Origin: Phycisphaeraceae bacterium
Lineage (GTDB): Bacteria; Planctomycetota; Phycisphaerae; Phycisphaerales; Phycisphaeraceae
Reading direction: 5' to 3'
DNA: 64,000 bases
Assembly (NCBI GenBank): GCA_963674705.1
Contig: OY771506.1
Coordinates: 5,088,001-5,152,000, forward strand
Shown here: in pieces, positions 1 to 10,341 of the stretch
Layout of the letters: each line of letters starts with the position of its first letter
Position numbering within the stretch: the stretch's first letter is position 1
Notes under the pieces: generated by a model
What the model was told of the DNA's origin: nothing
Seen by the model: the letters and a program-made list of their open reading frames with translations, nothing else
The model's database searches: none
Position numbers and translations under genes: made by a program

Positions 1-18
1 TACTCCAACGGCTGGTGA

Positions 19-1041
19 TCAAGGCTTAACCTCGAACACACCCGCTTCGCCCAGTTCCTGCTTGAAGTCGCCTTCCCGCAGCCAGTGGCGGTCCTGCTCG
101 CTGTCCATCAGGTAAGCGTTCCAGAATGCGAGCCCGGATTCTTTGATGTGTTTCTGGAAGAGCGCATCGTCGCCGCCGGGGCCCCGATTCCAGGCTCGAC
201 GGGTTCTGCCTGAAAAAACCATGTGATCGCCGTTGGTGAAGGTAACAAGGTAGCTGTCAGGCCCACCCTCGGCTGAAGTCGGCATGTGGTCAAAAGCGAC
301 GCGCCGGTCGGCCGCTTTCGTTTCCGGCGTAATCATCGATGTGTCATGCGTCCCGGTCATGAAGTACATCGGGATCTTGATCTGACTATAGCTCTCGTCG
401 TAATACTCGGGGCGCTTGGGCGCCTGCGCGCTCATGACGATGGCGGCCTTGATCCGCTCGTCACCGACCGAGCGTGACTTCCCATCGCGGCCGACATACG
501 CCTGCCCGGCAACAGCCATCGTCGTGAACGCCCCGTAAGAATGCCCCGCCATCCCGATCCGATCCAGATCAAGTTTGTTGTGCCAAAGGCTCGTGTCATC
601 GGCGTTGAGCTGTTCGAGTTTGTCAATCACAAAAAACACATCCAGTGGGCGGTTCATACTGTTACTCACATCCTTGGTCGCATCGCGCAAGGCTTGCAGG
701 CGTTCTTGCCGTGACACATCACGCCAGACGGATTCGTCGCTGCCGATGTGTTGCAGATGGATGCAGATGTAGCCGTGCGACGCCCAGTATTCACCGAGAT
801 ACGCATAGCCCTCGCGCGATCCGCCAAGCCCGTGCGAAAACAGAATCACCGGCCGGGGCTCGGACGCATCCACCGGCATGTACGCTTTGATCGGCACCAC
901 GCGATCGTCACGGGCGGCGTCGACCCACTCTTCGGTATGGGATTCAACCTTGTAAGTCGTGCCCGGTGTTTGGGCCCATATCGATGCAACAGCGGACAGA
1001 AAAATCCACAGTACCGCCGCCAACGGAAAGAATCGACGCAT
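19..1041 (-). CDS. Secreted alpha/beta hydrolase (PAF-acetylhydrolase/chlorophyllase/dienelactone-hydrolase-like)
   Basis: Signal peptide; FSHGLGGS oxyanion region, GHSYG nucleophile elbow, GTHD and GDH catalytic Asp/His motifs. Confidence 0.85.
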   Translation of the reverse strand: MRRFFPLAAVLWIFLSAVASIWAQTPGTTYKVESHTEEWVDAARDDRVVPIKAYMPVDASEPRPVILFSHGLGGSREGYAYLGEYWASHGYICIHLQHIGSDESVWRDVSRQERLQALRDATKDVSNSMNRPLDVFFVIDKLEQLNADDTSLWHNKLDLDRIGMAGHSYGAFTTMAVAGQAYVGRDGKSRSVGDERIKAAIVMSAQAPKRPEYYDESYSQIKIPMYFMTGTHDTSMITPETKAADRRVAFDHMPTSAEGGPDSYLVTFTNGDHMVFSGRTRRAWNRGPGGDDALFQKHIKESGLAFWNAYLMDSEQDRHWLREGDFKQELGEAGVFEVKP

Positions 1042-1121
1042 GTTCCGGCTCCTGGCTGCTCTGTTATCTGATGCGCACTATAATCGTCCAAACTCATTCC
1101 TGACTACGAAGGGGACAACGT

Positions 1122-2288
1122 ATGCGTTACCAATTCATTGCGTTTTTTTGTGCTGTTGTTTTTGTGTTAGCACCGGTGCAGCGGGTTTACGCGATCGATG
1201 CCGACCATGAGGCCAAGGCCAAAGCCGCCATCGAACGCGGCGTCGCCTATCTCAAAAGCACGCAGGGCGAAGACGGCAGCTGGACCCCCGAGCCCGGCCC
1301 GGCGATCACCGCCATGGCCGTCACAGCCATGATCGATTCCGGACTCGTCCCCGCCGACGACCCGCAGATCGAAAAAGCCCTTGACTACATCCTCTCGTTC
1401 ATCCAGGAAGACGGCGGCATCCACGCAGGCTTCCTCGGCAACTACAACACCGCCATCTGCCTCAGCGCGCTGGACCTGGTGCGCGATCGGCCCGGCATGG
1501 AAGAAACGATCAAGAACGCTCAGAACTACCTGCGCGGCCTGCAATGGGACGGTCAGGAAGACCCGACCGGTAAGGTTGTCGACGAATCGCACCCCTTCTA
1601 CGGCGGCGCAGGCTACGGCAAGCACGGCCGACCTGATATGTCCAACACGCAGATGATGCTGCAGGGGCTTTACGATTCCGGACTCGACTGTAAAGACCCC
1701 GCCTTCGTCCGCGCCGTTGTCTTCATCAGCCGATGCCAGGGTGTTGAAACCAACGATCTGTTCGCCGACGTGATCGAAAAGGATGGCGGGTTCATCTACT
1801 CAACCACCATCAACAAAGACCTCATCGGTGTGCCCGAATCCAAAGCCAATCCTGAAATGATGGATGAAGCCAAGCAAGGCAAACCCGTTTCGGGTCTGCG
1901 GACGTACGGCTCGATGACCTACGCAGGATTCAAGAGCTATCTCTACGCACAACTCGACCGCAACGACCCGCGCGTCGAAGCCGCACTGACATGGATCGGC
2001 AACAACTACACACTCGACCGCAACCCCGGCCTGCCCGATGCCGTCAAACTGCAAGGACTCTATTACTACTACATGACCTTCGCCCGTGCCTTTGACGCCT
2101 TCGGCGAAACCACCCTCCAAACAGCGGATGGCAAACAGCACGACTGGGCAAACGACCTCATCGACGCAATCGCTTCACGCCAGAATGAAGACGGCTCATG
2201 GACAAACGATGCCGACCGCTGGATGGAAGGCGACCCCAACCTCGTGACCTGTTACTCCCTGATCGCGCTGGAAGCGGCTATTGAGTAG
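1122..2288 (+). CDS. Secreted prenyltransferase/squalene-cyclase (QW-like) repeat protein
   Basis: Signal peptide; repeats YLKSTQGEDGSW, IQEDGG, RQNEDGSW; TATAAT at 1079-1084 upstream. Confidence 0.8.
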   Translation: MRYQFIAFFCAVVFVLAPVQRVYAIDADHEAKAKAAIERGVAYLKSTQGEDGSWTPEPGPAITAMAVTAMIDSGLVPADDPQIEKALDYILSFIQEDGGIHAGFLGNYNTAICLSALDLVRDRPGMEETIKNAQNYLRGLQWDGQEDPTGKVVDESHPFYGGAGYGKHGRPDMSNTQMMLQGLYDSGLDCKDPAFVRAVVFISRCQGVETNDLFADVIEKDGGFIYSTTINKDLIGVPESKANPEMMDEAKQGKPVSGLRTYGSMTYAGFKSYLYAQLDRNDPRVEAALTWIGNNYTLDRNPGLPDAVKLQGLYYYYMTFARAFDAFGETTLQTADGKQHDWANDLIDAIASRQNEDGSWTNDADRWMEGDPNLVTCYSLIALEAAIE

Positions 2289-2293
2289 TCATT

Positions 2294-2474
2294 GTTAGCC
2301 GCAAATAAACGCAAATAGACGCGAATGATGCGAAGTATGCACTCACAATGCACACCTTGTCGCTAAACGATCAAGATTCAATACCCCACACAAAAAGAGT
2401 TACCCTCCCCCTTAGCCGCAAGCCGCCGGCTTGCGCGCCAACACACCGACCCATCAGCGTTCATTCGCAGCTAA
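2294..2474. repeat. Intergenic inverted-repeat element (family B) with internal hairpin
   Basis: gttagccgcaaataaacgcaaatagacgcgaat (2294-2326) matches 16760-16792 at 32/33; degenerate inverted partner at 2453-2474; hairpin cgcaagccgccggcttgcg at 2417-2435; lies between convergent genes. Confidence 0.8.
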
Positions 2475-2479
2475 TTCTC

Positions 2480-4405
2480 TTACTCAGACTCAGCGTTATC
2501 TTCACCTTCATCCTCATCAGGCTTCGGCGCTTTGCTCACCACCACCGTCCGGCCGATGAGGTCGCCTAGACGTTGATGTGTCGGTGAGAGCATGGGCAGG
2601 ACGAGCAAGGGTAAAGCGCCCATAACCAGGTCCAGTGATTTGAGCAGGCCGCGCGTCAATATCTGCCAGATGCGGGGACGCTCGCCTCGCAGGTTGGTCG
2701 TGCGCAGACCTGTCAGTGCTTTACCCAGTGTGCGTGCGAAGATGAGTTCGCTGATCGTCGTGTGCGCCACAAACGTGAGGATGACAACCACGCCCGGCAT
2801 GACCTGCTCCAGCGTGTGGGCGATCCCGTTACCCGGCCAATGCATGAACAATTCGTCCATCGACATGCCGAAGTAGAACATGGACCCAATGAATCCCGGC
2901 AGGATGTCGATCGTCGCGGCCACCGCACGCTTACCCAGATCGGCAACCACAAGGTCCTCCGGCAACTCCAGCCTGTTCCACGACGCATCGCGACGCCAGA
3001 ATGCCAGCATCAACAATGTCACCAAGACCGCCATGAACGCGATCATGAAGTATTCCTTCACAGCGTCCATCTTGCTCGGAACGGCGGCCGCCAGCGGGGA
3101 CGGCTCAAGCAGAACCTGGCCACGCACATCCATCCGCGTCCACAGGCAATCCCACTTCGTCGTCAAATCTTCGTCTGTCTGCTCGGTGGGAGCCCGTGCG
3201 ATCAGCGATGCGGCTGTGGATGTACCGAGGATCGCCCAATCCTCGGCAGAAACATCGGTCAATTGCATCTGACCGACCTCGATACGTTTATCACCCCGCA
3301 ATACCGACAGGTTTGATGCCAGTTGGCCGGCTTCAAAATGTGTAAGCGCCACGACAAGCTGCCCCTCGACCGCCAGAACAGTCGGGCTGCCGACTCGATC
3401 AGACTGTTCGACCGAATACGCTTGCATCACCCAGCCGGGTTTTTCATCCTCGCCAGCCTGTTGGCGATACACCTCAATATCAAGCGTCTTGGATGCGCCC
3501 TGGCTGATGTGACGCGCAGCGAGTGTAGGCACCGTGTCATTGGCCGCCTCTGCGATTAACCACGCACGCGCACCGTGGGGCCAATCCTCCGGCAACGCAT
3601 GACGCACCCACTTGCCTTGCTTCAGATGCAGCAACCGATCGACAGGCAATGCCGGCGTAACGCTTTTATCCGATTCGTCTTGCTCGGTTTCGGTCGGCTT
3701 TCCCAAACCGGTTGAGTCTTTGGATCCTGGTTTTCCCGAATCTTCGGCCTTAGTTGGCTCTTTCGGGGGTACATTCAAACCATAATTCGGCGGCAGACCG
3801 ATAGCCATGTTTTTCCGCCGAAGGATAATCAGTTCATCTTCGGTCAGTTCAGTAACCTTGACAGGTTTTTCTGATCCGTCGAGCTTTTCGAGCACCTCGC
3901 GTTCATTCACTCGCACCAACGCCCACAGGCCGGACGCGGTCATAGCCGAGCCGCGCACAGCAACACCATGCGGCAAACTCGGCTCGATCCGATAGTCGTA
4001 ATACCAGCCGTCCTGAAGTTCATTAGGCTTGGCATGGATCGACTGGACCTGCCCGTTTGGATGAATGATCCAAAGCGAGTGATTCCGCGCTGAAACACCA
4101 TTAGGCTTGATGTTGCCCGAAAGAACAGGCACCCGGTGCATCACGCCAGGCGTATCGTTGTTCGCCCGGTGAAGCACCACGGTGCTATCCGGGGTATCCG
4201 GCTCGGGTACCAGAATCCAAAGCCCTTGATCGTCCCCCGCAGCGACCAGCGCCTGTGGATAGACGGTTTGCGCAAACAGCGCAATGATGAGCAATGACAG
4301 CAGTAAACGCCATAGCCCGGCAATTCGGTTTGGTTGGATCGTTCTCAAGGCGTCTAAGGTTAGTTGATTGGACGATACCGGCCAACCTCGCGGGGCTGGT
4401 GGCAT
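2480..4405 (-). CDS. Membrane protein with large extracytoplasmic region and C-terminal RDD domain
   Basis: ADLGKRAVAATID...TLGKALTGLR...QRLGDLIGRTVVV RDD signature; start uncertain. Confidence 0.8.
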   Translation of the reverse strand: MPPAPRGWPVSSNQLTLDALRTIQPNRIAGLWRLLLSLLIIALFAQTVYPQALVAAGDDQGLWILVPEPDTPDSTVVLHRANNDTPGVMHRVPVLSGNIKPNGVSARNHSLWIIHPNGQVQSIHAKPNELQDGWYYDYRIEPSLPHGVAVRGSAMTASGLWALVRVNEREVLEKLDGSEKPVKVTELTEDELIILRRKNMAIGLPPNYGLNVPPKEPTKAEDSGKPGSKDSTGLGKPTETEQDESDKSVTPALPVDRLLHLKQGKWVRHALPEDWPHGARAWLIAEAANDTVPTLAARHISQGASKTLDIEVYRQQAGEDEKPGWVMQAYSVEQSDRVGSPTVLAVEGQLVVALTHFEAGQLASNLSVLRGDKRIEVGQMQLTDVSAEDWAILGTSTAASLIARAPTEQTDEDLTTKWDCLWTRMDVRGQVLLEPSPLAAAVPSKMDAVKEYFMIAFMAVLVTLLMLAFWRRDASWNRLELPEDLVVADLGKRAVAATIDILPGFIGSMFYFGMSMDELFMHWPGNGIAHTLEQVMPGVVVILTFVAHTTISELIFARTLGKALTGLRTTNLRGERPRIWQILTRGLLKSLDLVMGALPLLVLPMLSPTHQRLGDLIGRTVVVSKAPKPDEDEGEDNAESE

Positions 4406-4435
4406 GGTTTACGGCAGTTCGTGTACGATGTTTGC

Positions 4436-5386
4436 ATGCTCAAGTACCGTCTGATTTTTGGCCCCATCATGATCGTGGGGCTCCTCGGCATTGTTGTGCT
4501 CGATAGTGTGCTGGACAAGCTCGACCTGACCGATACCCCGCTGCAAACACTGTTTCTCGGCCGAACCTACCCCCCGTCAGGCATGTTGATGTTAGCCCTC
4601 TGCGCGGTGCTGGTCGTCCTCGGCGCCAGGGAACTGTGCCACATTTTCCGTGCCAAGGGCGTGGTGATTGACACACCCGTCATCATGCTCAGCGGTTTGC
4701 TGGGCTTAATCCTTTTCTACTCGATCCCCCATGGCCTGGAAACCCAGACCGCCATCGCGATCTACGGCTCAGCCATGAGCGGCCTGTTCCTCACCACCCT
4801 CGTTATCCACACCCGCGCCGAACGCACCGAAGGAGCCATCCACGCCGCCGCCGCCGGGATGTTCACCTTCGTCTACCTCGGCGTCCTGCCCGGTTATCTC
4901 ATGGCCATCCGCTCCTGGCACTCCGCATGGACGCTCATCGCCATCGTCGCCATCATCAAGGCCTGCGACATCGGCGCGTACTTCACCGGCTTGGCCATCG
5001 GCAAACACAAGCTCATCTACTGGCTCAGCCCCGGCAAGACCTGGGAGGGCCTCATCGGCGGAATGGTACTGTCCGCGGTGCTCGCAACCACACTGGCGGC
5101 GATCGGTAATCATTATCAGGTAACAGGTTACTGGTCTCGCGGCGAGACGGGAAGGATATTCCACCAAGTGCCCTACCCCTTGGCATATGTGGCGTTTGCC
5201 GGCCTGCTGCTGGGCTTGATCGGGCAATTCGGCGACCTCGTCGCCAGCCTCTTCAAACGCGATGCCGGCATCAAGGACTCTGGGCGGGTCATCCCGGGCT
5301 TCGGCGGTGTACTCGACGTCATCGACTCCCCCATTGTCGTAGCCCCATTCGCCTACTGGATGCTGATGCTGGCACGGTACCTGTAA
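4436..5386 (+). CDS. cdsA: Phosphatidate cytidylyltransferase
   Basis: DIGAYFTG, SPGKTWEG, GDLVASLFKRDAGIKDSG..IPGFGGVLDVIDS signature; start moved to ATG 4436 (MLKYRL). Confidence 0.92.
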   Translation: MLKYRLIFGPIMIVGLLGIVVLDSVLDKLDLTDTPLQTLFLGRTYPPSGMLMLALCAVLVVLGARELCHIFRAKGVVIDTPVIMLSGLLGLILFYSIPHGLETQTAIAIYGSAMSGLFLTTLVIHTRAERTEGAIHAAAAGMFTFVYLGVLPGYLMAIRSWHSAWTLIAIVAIIKACDIGAYFTGLAIGKHKLIYWLSPGKTWEGLIGGMVLSAVLATTLAAIGNHYQVTGYWSRGETGRIFHQVPYPLAYVAFAGLLLGLIGQFGDLVASLFKRDAGIKDSGRVIPGFGGVLDVIDSPIVVAPFAYWMLMLARYL

Positions 5387-5690
5387 CCAACTCCCGGATT
5401 CCACCTTAGACCCGCTTCAACCAGCTTCCGGCCCACTAAGAACGCTCTGATCTTCTGTGAAATGCACATAAATCCATGATTTGACGATATCTGTTCTTGA
5501 TGATCGGGCTTAAGAGCGATAATCTGTACAGGTTAATAGATAGGCCGAAATCGACCGGGGTGTGGTGATTGCGCCCATACCTGACCGATTATCAGGGGAG
5601 CGGTTCCCCTTAATTGGCCCTTATGACACCCGGCCCGGCATCCGCGCCGCGCCGACCCGATTGTTTTCACTACTTCGAAAGGTCCATCCC

Positions 5691-6314
5691 ATCGCTAAAG
5701 GACGATTCCGACCCCAACAGCGCGACACCGGCAAACGCCTGCGCATAAACGACCTGATTCGTATCTCTCCGGTCAGACTGATTGATGAAAACGACAACCC
5801 CGTCGGCGTCATCCCGGTCGACGAAGCTAAACGCATGGCCAGAGAAGCAGGGCTTGACCTCGTCGAAGTTGCGCCCAAGGGTGACCCACCTGTCTGTAAG
5901 ATCATGGATTACGGCAAGTGGAAGTACGCCCAGAAAAAGAAAGAGCAAAAAGCGCGAAGCCACACCAAGCAGAGCGAGCTGAAGGGTATCCGTCTGCGCC
6001 CGAAGATCGACAGCCACGACCTTGACATCAAGATGAGCAAGGCCCGTGAGTTCATCGAGGACGGCGACAAGGTGCAATTCACCATGCTCTTCCGCGGCCG
6101 GGAAATGGCACACAAGAACCTGGGCCTGGATTCCATGAAGAAGATCTGCGACGAACTCGCCGACATCGCCAAGATCGAGGCCGAACCCAAGATGATGGGC
6201 CGGCGGGCCACCATGGTGCTGGCCCCGGACAAGAAAGCCGTAACCAAGTCAAGCGATAAGAAGGCCGAACCCGAAGAACAGCAGGACGAAATCCCCCAGG
6301 CCGAAGCGGGTTGA
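5691..6314 (+). CDS. infC: Translation initiation factor IF-3, probable ATC start
   Basis: RINDLIR, GLDLVEVAP, PPVCKIMDYGK, FRGRE motifs; GAAAGG at 5677-5682 lies 8 nt before in-frame ATC 5691. Confidence 0.95.
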   Translation: MAKGRFRPQQRDTGKRLRINDLIRISPVRLIDENDNPVGVIPVDEAKRMAREAGLDLVEVAPKGDPPVCKIMDYGKWKYAQKKKEQKARSHTKQSELKGIRLRPKIDSHDLDIKMSKAREFIEDGDKVQFTMLFRGREMAHKNLGLDSMKKICDELADIAKIEAEPKMMGRRATMVLAPDKKAVTKSSDKKAEPEEQQDEIPQAEAG

Positions 6315-6343
6315 ATCCTACTGCATACATACGAAATCCACCG

Positions 6344-6372
6344 GCGTGGTTGCCTAGGTAACCACGCTTTTT
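6344..6372 (+). terminator. Intrinsic terminator after infC
   Basis: gcgtggttgc-ctag-gtaaccacgc stem-loop followed by TTTTT. Confidence 0.7.
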
Positions 6373-6385
6373 CTATAGTCTGTGA

Positions 6386-7117
6386 ATGCCAACCAAGATT
6401 ACCAGCTTCGGCCTATCCGCCGGTCGTAAACTCGGCCGGGGCTATGTCATCCAATCCATGATCGGCCGCGGCATCGAGGGCGAGGTCTACGAGGTCCTCG
6501 AAGCCGGTACAGGCATCCTCCGTGCCGCCAAGATCTACTTCCCCCACTGCGACCCCAGAAGCCAACGCTCCATCCGACAGGCTCGCAAACTCGATACCCT
6601 CCGCCGCTGCCCCATCGTCCTGCAGTACCTGCACTCCGAGACGCTGACGATCCGTGGTGCAAAAACCATCGCCATGATCAGCGAACTCTGCCCCGGCGAA
6701 CCACTCGGCAAATGGATCGAACGTCACCGCGGAAAACGCCTCCAGCCTTACGTCGCGCTGCACGTGCTCTACAACCTCGTCCTCGGCCTGCAACCCATCC
6801 ACCGCGCCGGCGAGTATCACGGCGACGTACACACCGACAACATCATGATCGAACCCCGAGGCGTCGGCTTCACGCTCAAACTCGTCGACTTCTACGACTG
6901 GGGCAAGCCCAAACGTTACAAGCAAAGCCAGGACATCATCGACACCATCGGCGTCTTCCACGACTGCCTCGGCGGCAAACCCCACTACGCCAAACTACCC
7001 GCAGAAGCCAAGTACATCTGCGCCGGCATGCGACACTCACTGATGCTCAAACGCTTCCCCAACATGGGCCGACTCAGACAACACCTCGAAGACTTCGAGT
7101 GGGAGACGGTGGTCTAA
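6386..7117 (+). CDS. Stand-alone Ser/Thr protein-kinase-like protein
   Basis: GRGIEGEVY Gly-loop, AAKIY lysine, HGDVHTDN catalytic loop, DFY in place of DFG. Confidence 0.8.
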   Translation: MPTKITSFGLSAGRKLGRGYVIQSMIGRGIEGEVYEVLEAGTGILRAAKIYFPHCDPRSQRSIRQARKLDTLRRCPIVLQYLHSETLTIRGAKTIAMISELCPGEPLGKWIERHRGKRLQPYVALHVLYNLVLGLQPIHRAGEYHGDVHTDNIMIEPRGVGFTLKLVDFYDWGKPKRYKQSQDIIDTIGVFHDCLGGKPHYAKLPAEAKYICAGMRHSLMLKRFPNMGRLRQHLEDFEWETVV

Positions 7118-7147
7118 TGCCCCAACGGCCAGATTCTGCCTGATCTT

Positions 7148-10030
7148 TTACCGCACACGCAGCGCGTACAAGCTTGAGCGCGCGGTGATGAACAGAGTCT
7201 TGCCATCCGCGCCCCCGAAGGCGAGTGAAGTCGGACGTTGAGGGACGTTGATAGCCCCGGCGGGTTCTCCGTTTTTGTCAAATACCCGGACCTGCCCCGC
7301 GGCGATATATACGCGGTCGTTTGGCCCCACCGCGATGCCTTCACCACCCGTTTCAACAAACAATTGCGGATCCGAAAGCGTCCCGTCTGACCCGACCACA
7401 AATAACCATGTACGCAGTTCGTGTTCGTTGCTGACATAGAAACGCTTGCCGGGTGCGGCTGGTGCTAGCTGAAAAGTGCGCAACACGTCCGTGAGTTTGG
7501 CCCCCCATCGCGTTTCGCCTGTTACGAAGTCTTCACCGGCGGGGAAAAAGGTTGTGCCATCCGGCGCCAGGTAATGGTACGGCTTGGGTGTGGTGCTGCT
7601 TTCCATAAAGTCAGCGATGCCCATCCAACGGTTAACGGGGAGAATCGCAACGCCGTCCGGCCGATCAGTCGCCGGCTGGGCATCGAGCGACACGATCTCA
7701 CTTGCCGGATCATCGGGATCAAACGCCAGCACGACCCCATCGCCATCGTATGCCACAACCAACAGGTTGCCCGAACTGTCAAACGCAAGCTGCTCAGGCC
7801 GCTGCGGGATGTTCCGAACAGTTACCAGTTCGCCCTTATCAATGTCCCACTTGTAGATTCTCAACGCACGCGGATCGGCGAAGTAAAGGTTGCCGTGTTC
7901 ATCCACCGTGGAACCCGAGATGTTCTGGAAACCATCGGCGAGCTTCTCAACACGACTGCCCGGCGCAAGCAACTCGCTAGTGGTTTCCGCTGTGACCGTA
8001 CCGCCACCCCCTGCCACATCCAGCACAGCAAACTCCGGGTCGCGCACTTCTAAGCCGCTATCCACCACCCGGACCGCGTTGTCATACGACACCTTGGAAT
8101 TGCTATAGACATGCACATTACGAAAACGAATACCCGATGATTGACTGACTTTCACTGCCATCGGATAAGGCTCGAAGCTGCTGACCACACGGTAAAAAAA
8201 CGTGTTGGCAAAGAGCACATCGTGTGAGTCTTCAAGTGAAAGCTGCAATGCACGCGGACTTTCCACACGCTCTGCCTCGAACTGCAAGCCATAAAAACAC
8301 CAGTTGGAAACATGGCGAAGAACAACCTCGTTGCTGACGTGATGTTCTGCTGACATCGCATAGAGCCTGCCACGTGTCGAAGTATCAGTAACCAGCAGCC
8401 CGGCCTTCGCGTATGGGCTGGGCGTCCAGATATCCTTGAACACGCCACCCCCGCCGTCCGTCACCCACAGACTTGCGTGCTGACGGTCCCAATGCTCGCT
8501 GTTTTCTCGGCCGCGCGAATCGTGGATATCGCCCGGCAATCGTGTCCCGTGCCCGCCGTGCAGGCGGACGTCGTTGATCAGCGAGTCTTCGTCAGCCGTC
8601 CACTTGATGCCGACCGCCCCGGGGTTAACCGTGCCGGTATAGACGCCGATCCCGCTGATGATATTCGTCCCGCCTGACGCGGACTGAATCACCGGCCTGG
8701 GTTTGCTGTGATCCGAGAATCCAGGTGTACCGTTGGCGACATAGATCGCGGTCGAGCCCGGCTGCAGGCCGATCAGTTCGGTGTCCGGACGAAGCCGCAA
8801 CGTATCGCTTACGCGGTACACCCCGATCGGGAAGTAAAGCGTGCGGTGCGTGTCGATCGCTTGCTGTAAAGCTTGCGTATCATCGGTTTCACCGTCACCA
8901 GTCACACCGAGCGATCGCACATTCACCCAGGTTTCGGTTGGTTGAGGCACAGCGATGTCAGACTCGACCGTCGTCGGCAGCAGATCAAGCGGTTCGATAT
9001 CCGTGGTCGTCGCGATCTCTCGCCGCGTACCCGTATCGTTCAAGTGCAAACCGTGCGAGAACTGCTTAACCCTGTAGACCACGGCCGGCGCGTCCACCTG
9101 CCCCCCACTTTCGCGCATCCGGGCAAACACCGGGACATCTCGGCAGTCGATGTTCTCCATGCTTACCTGCGTCCGTGCGCTGCTGTCCCGGCTGATAACA
9201 ACCGCAGCATCACTGATACCCTCGAATCGTGCTTCGCTGACTGACAACTGATCGGGCTTACCTTCAACAAAAAAAATGCCAACCGGCACGTCACGGATCG
9301 TCGGTCGAACCACCGCAAGCCCGCCCTCATCACAGGTGATCGCCGTTTGCGTCTGTCCCTCAAATACGCAGTCGATTACCAGGATCGGCCAGCCCGGCGC
9401 GGAGCGAGCGGTGACGATACCGTTTTGACCGCCAATGAAGTGTAAATCCTCGACCTCGTTGCCGATGTCTTCCAGCCCCGCACGCGCGTCGCCGAGCTTG
9501 AACGTCATGTGTGACAGGTAGCTGTGCTGTGAGACATGGAAACGAATCGCCACCGCAGCCGGGTTGCCCGGATCGATCTCGATGTCGATGTTGCTCAGCG
9601 CACTGTAGAACGTCCCCGGGCTTCCGTCGCGCGGCGGATCGCCGGATTCTCGCCCGCGCCCACCGGAGAAGTAAATCATGTACCGGTCATCGCCCGTCTG
9701 GAAGCCCGGCGTATATTGACCAAGCACGAACACCGGCCGTTGGTTGCCGAACCCGATCAACCGAACGCCCGGCCAGACATACACTGTCTCACCCAGTCGA
9801 TAGCGCCCCTCCGGCACAAACAACACACCCGGATACCCCTTCGCCGCCACCGCATCGATCGCAGCCTGCAGCGCCGGTGCATCATCCGCCTTACCATCCG
9901 CACGCACACCGTATGACCCCGCCGTCAGGTACACCGCCTGTGCATCATCGAGTCGCGATGTGTAAAACGAATCAGCCAGGATAGTAGAACACGTCGTAAA
10001 CACACACACCCATACGAGAATGGCTTTCAT
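7148..10030 (-). CDS. Secreted pectate-lyase-like beta-helix (GH55-like) protein fused to an SMP-30/gluconolactonase propeller
   Basis: Two GDGxxDDT-type repeats (DGKADDAPALQAAID; GDGETDDTQALQQAID); C-terminal PTSLAFGGADGKTLFITA; start at ATG 10030 gives a signal peptide. Confidence 0.8.
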   Translation of the reverse strand: MKAILVWVCVFTTCSTILADSFYTSRLDDAQAVYLTAGSYGVRADGKADDAPALQAAIDAVAAKGYPGVLFVPEGRYRLGETVYVWPGVRLIGFGNQRPVFVLGQYTPGFQTGDDRYMIYFSGGRGRESGDPPRDGSPGTFYSALSNIDIEIDPGNPAAVAIRFHVSQHSYLSHMTFKLGDARAGLEDIGNEVEDLHFIGGQNGIVTARSAPGWPILVIDCVFEGQTQTAITCDEGGLAVVRPTIRDVPVGIFFVEGKPDQLSVSEARFEGISDAAVVISRDSSARTQVSMENIDCRDVPVFARMRESGGQVDAPAVVYRVKQFSHGLHLNDTGTRREIATTTDIEPLDLLPTTVESDIAVPQPTETWVNVRSLGVTGDGETDDTQALQQAIDTHRTLYFPIGVYRVSDTLRLRPDTELIGLQPGSTAIYVANGTPGFSDHSKPRPVIQSASGGTNIISGIGVYTGTVNPGAVGIKWTADEDSLINDVRLHGGHGTRLPGDIHDSRGRENSEHWDRQHASLWVTDGGGGVFKDIWTPSPYAKAGLLVTDTSTRGRLYAMSAEHHVSNEVVLRHVSNWCFYGLQFEAERVESPRALQLSLEDSHDVLFANTFFYRVVSSFEPYPMAVKVSQSSGIRFRNVHVYSNSKVSYDNAVRVVDSGLEVRDPEFAVLDVAGGGGTVTAETTSELLAPGSRVEKLADGFQNISGSTVDEHGNLYFADPRALRIYKWDIDKGELVTVRNIPQRPEQLAFDSSGNLLVVAYDGDGVVLAFDPDDPASEIVSLDAQPATDRPDGVAILPVNRWMGIADFMESSTTPKPYHYLAPDGTTFFPAGEDFVTGETRWGAKLTDVLRTFQLAPAAPGKRFYVSNEHELRTWLFVVGSDGTLSDPQLFVETGGEGIAVGPNDRVYIAAGQVRVFDKNGEPAGAINVPQRPTSLAFGGADGKTLFITARSSLYALRVR

Positions 10031-10341
10031 GATTGTCGTCGCCCTGTGTAAGCGCACGGACCGCAATGGAGCCATAAACGTAACGGTATCATTTATAACT
10101 GGCAAGAAGTAACAATGTTACACGCTATGATTGCGTGTCTTCGCGATTGCATACCGCGCTACCAGATATTTACGCCTCGCGCAACTCATAGCAAACTCAT
10201 ACATCTTTCATCATGTGCTCACGCACGGGCGCTATGTTGTGGGATCATCCTTTCAGACGTATGTGCGTCTGTGGGCACAGGGGCGGAGAAACCCATGCCT
10301 GAGGATTCCTGACAGGCTTCTAAAAAACAGATTGCATTCTT

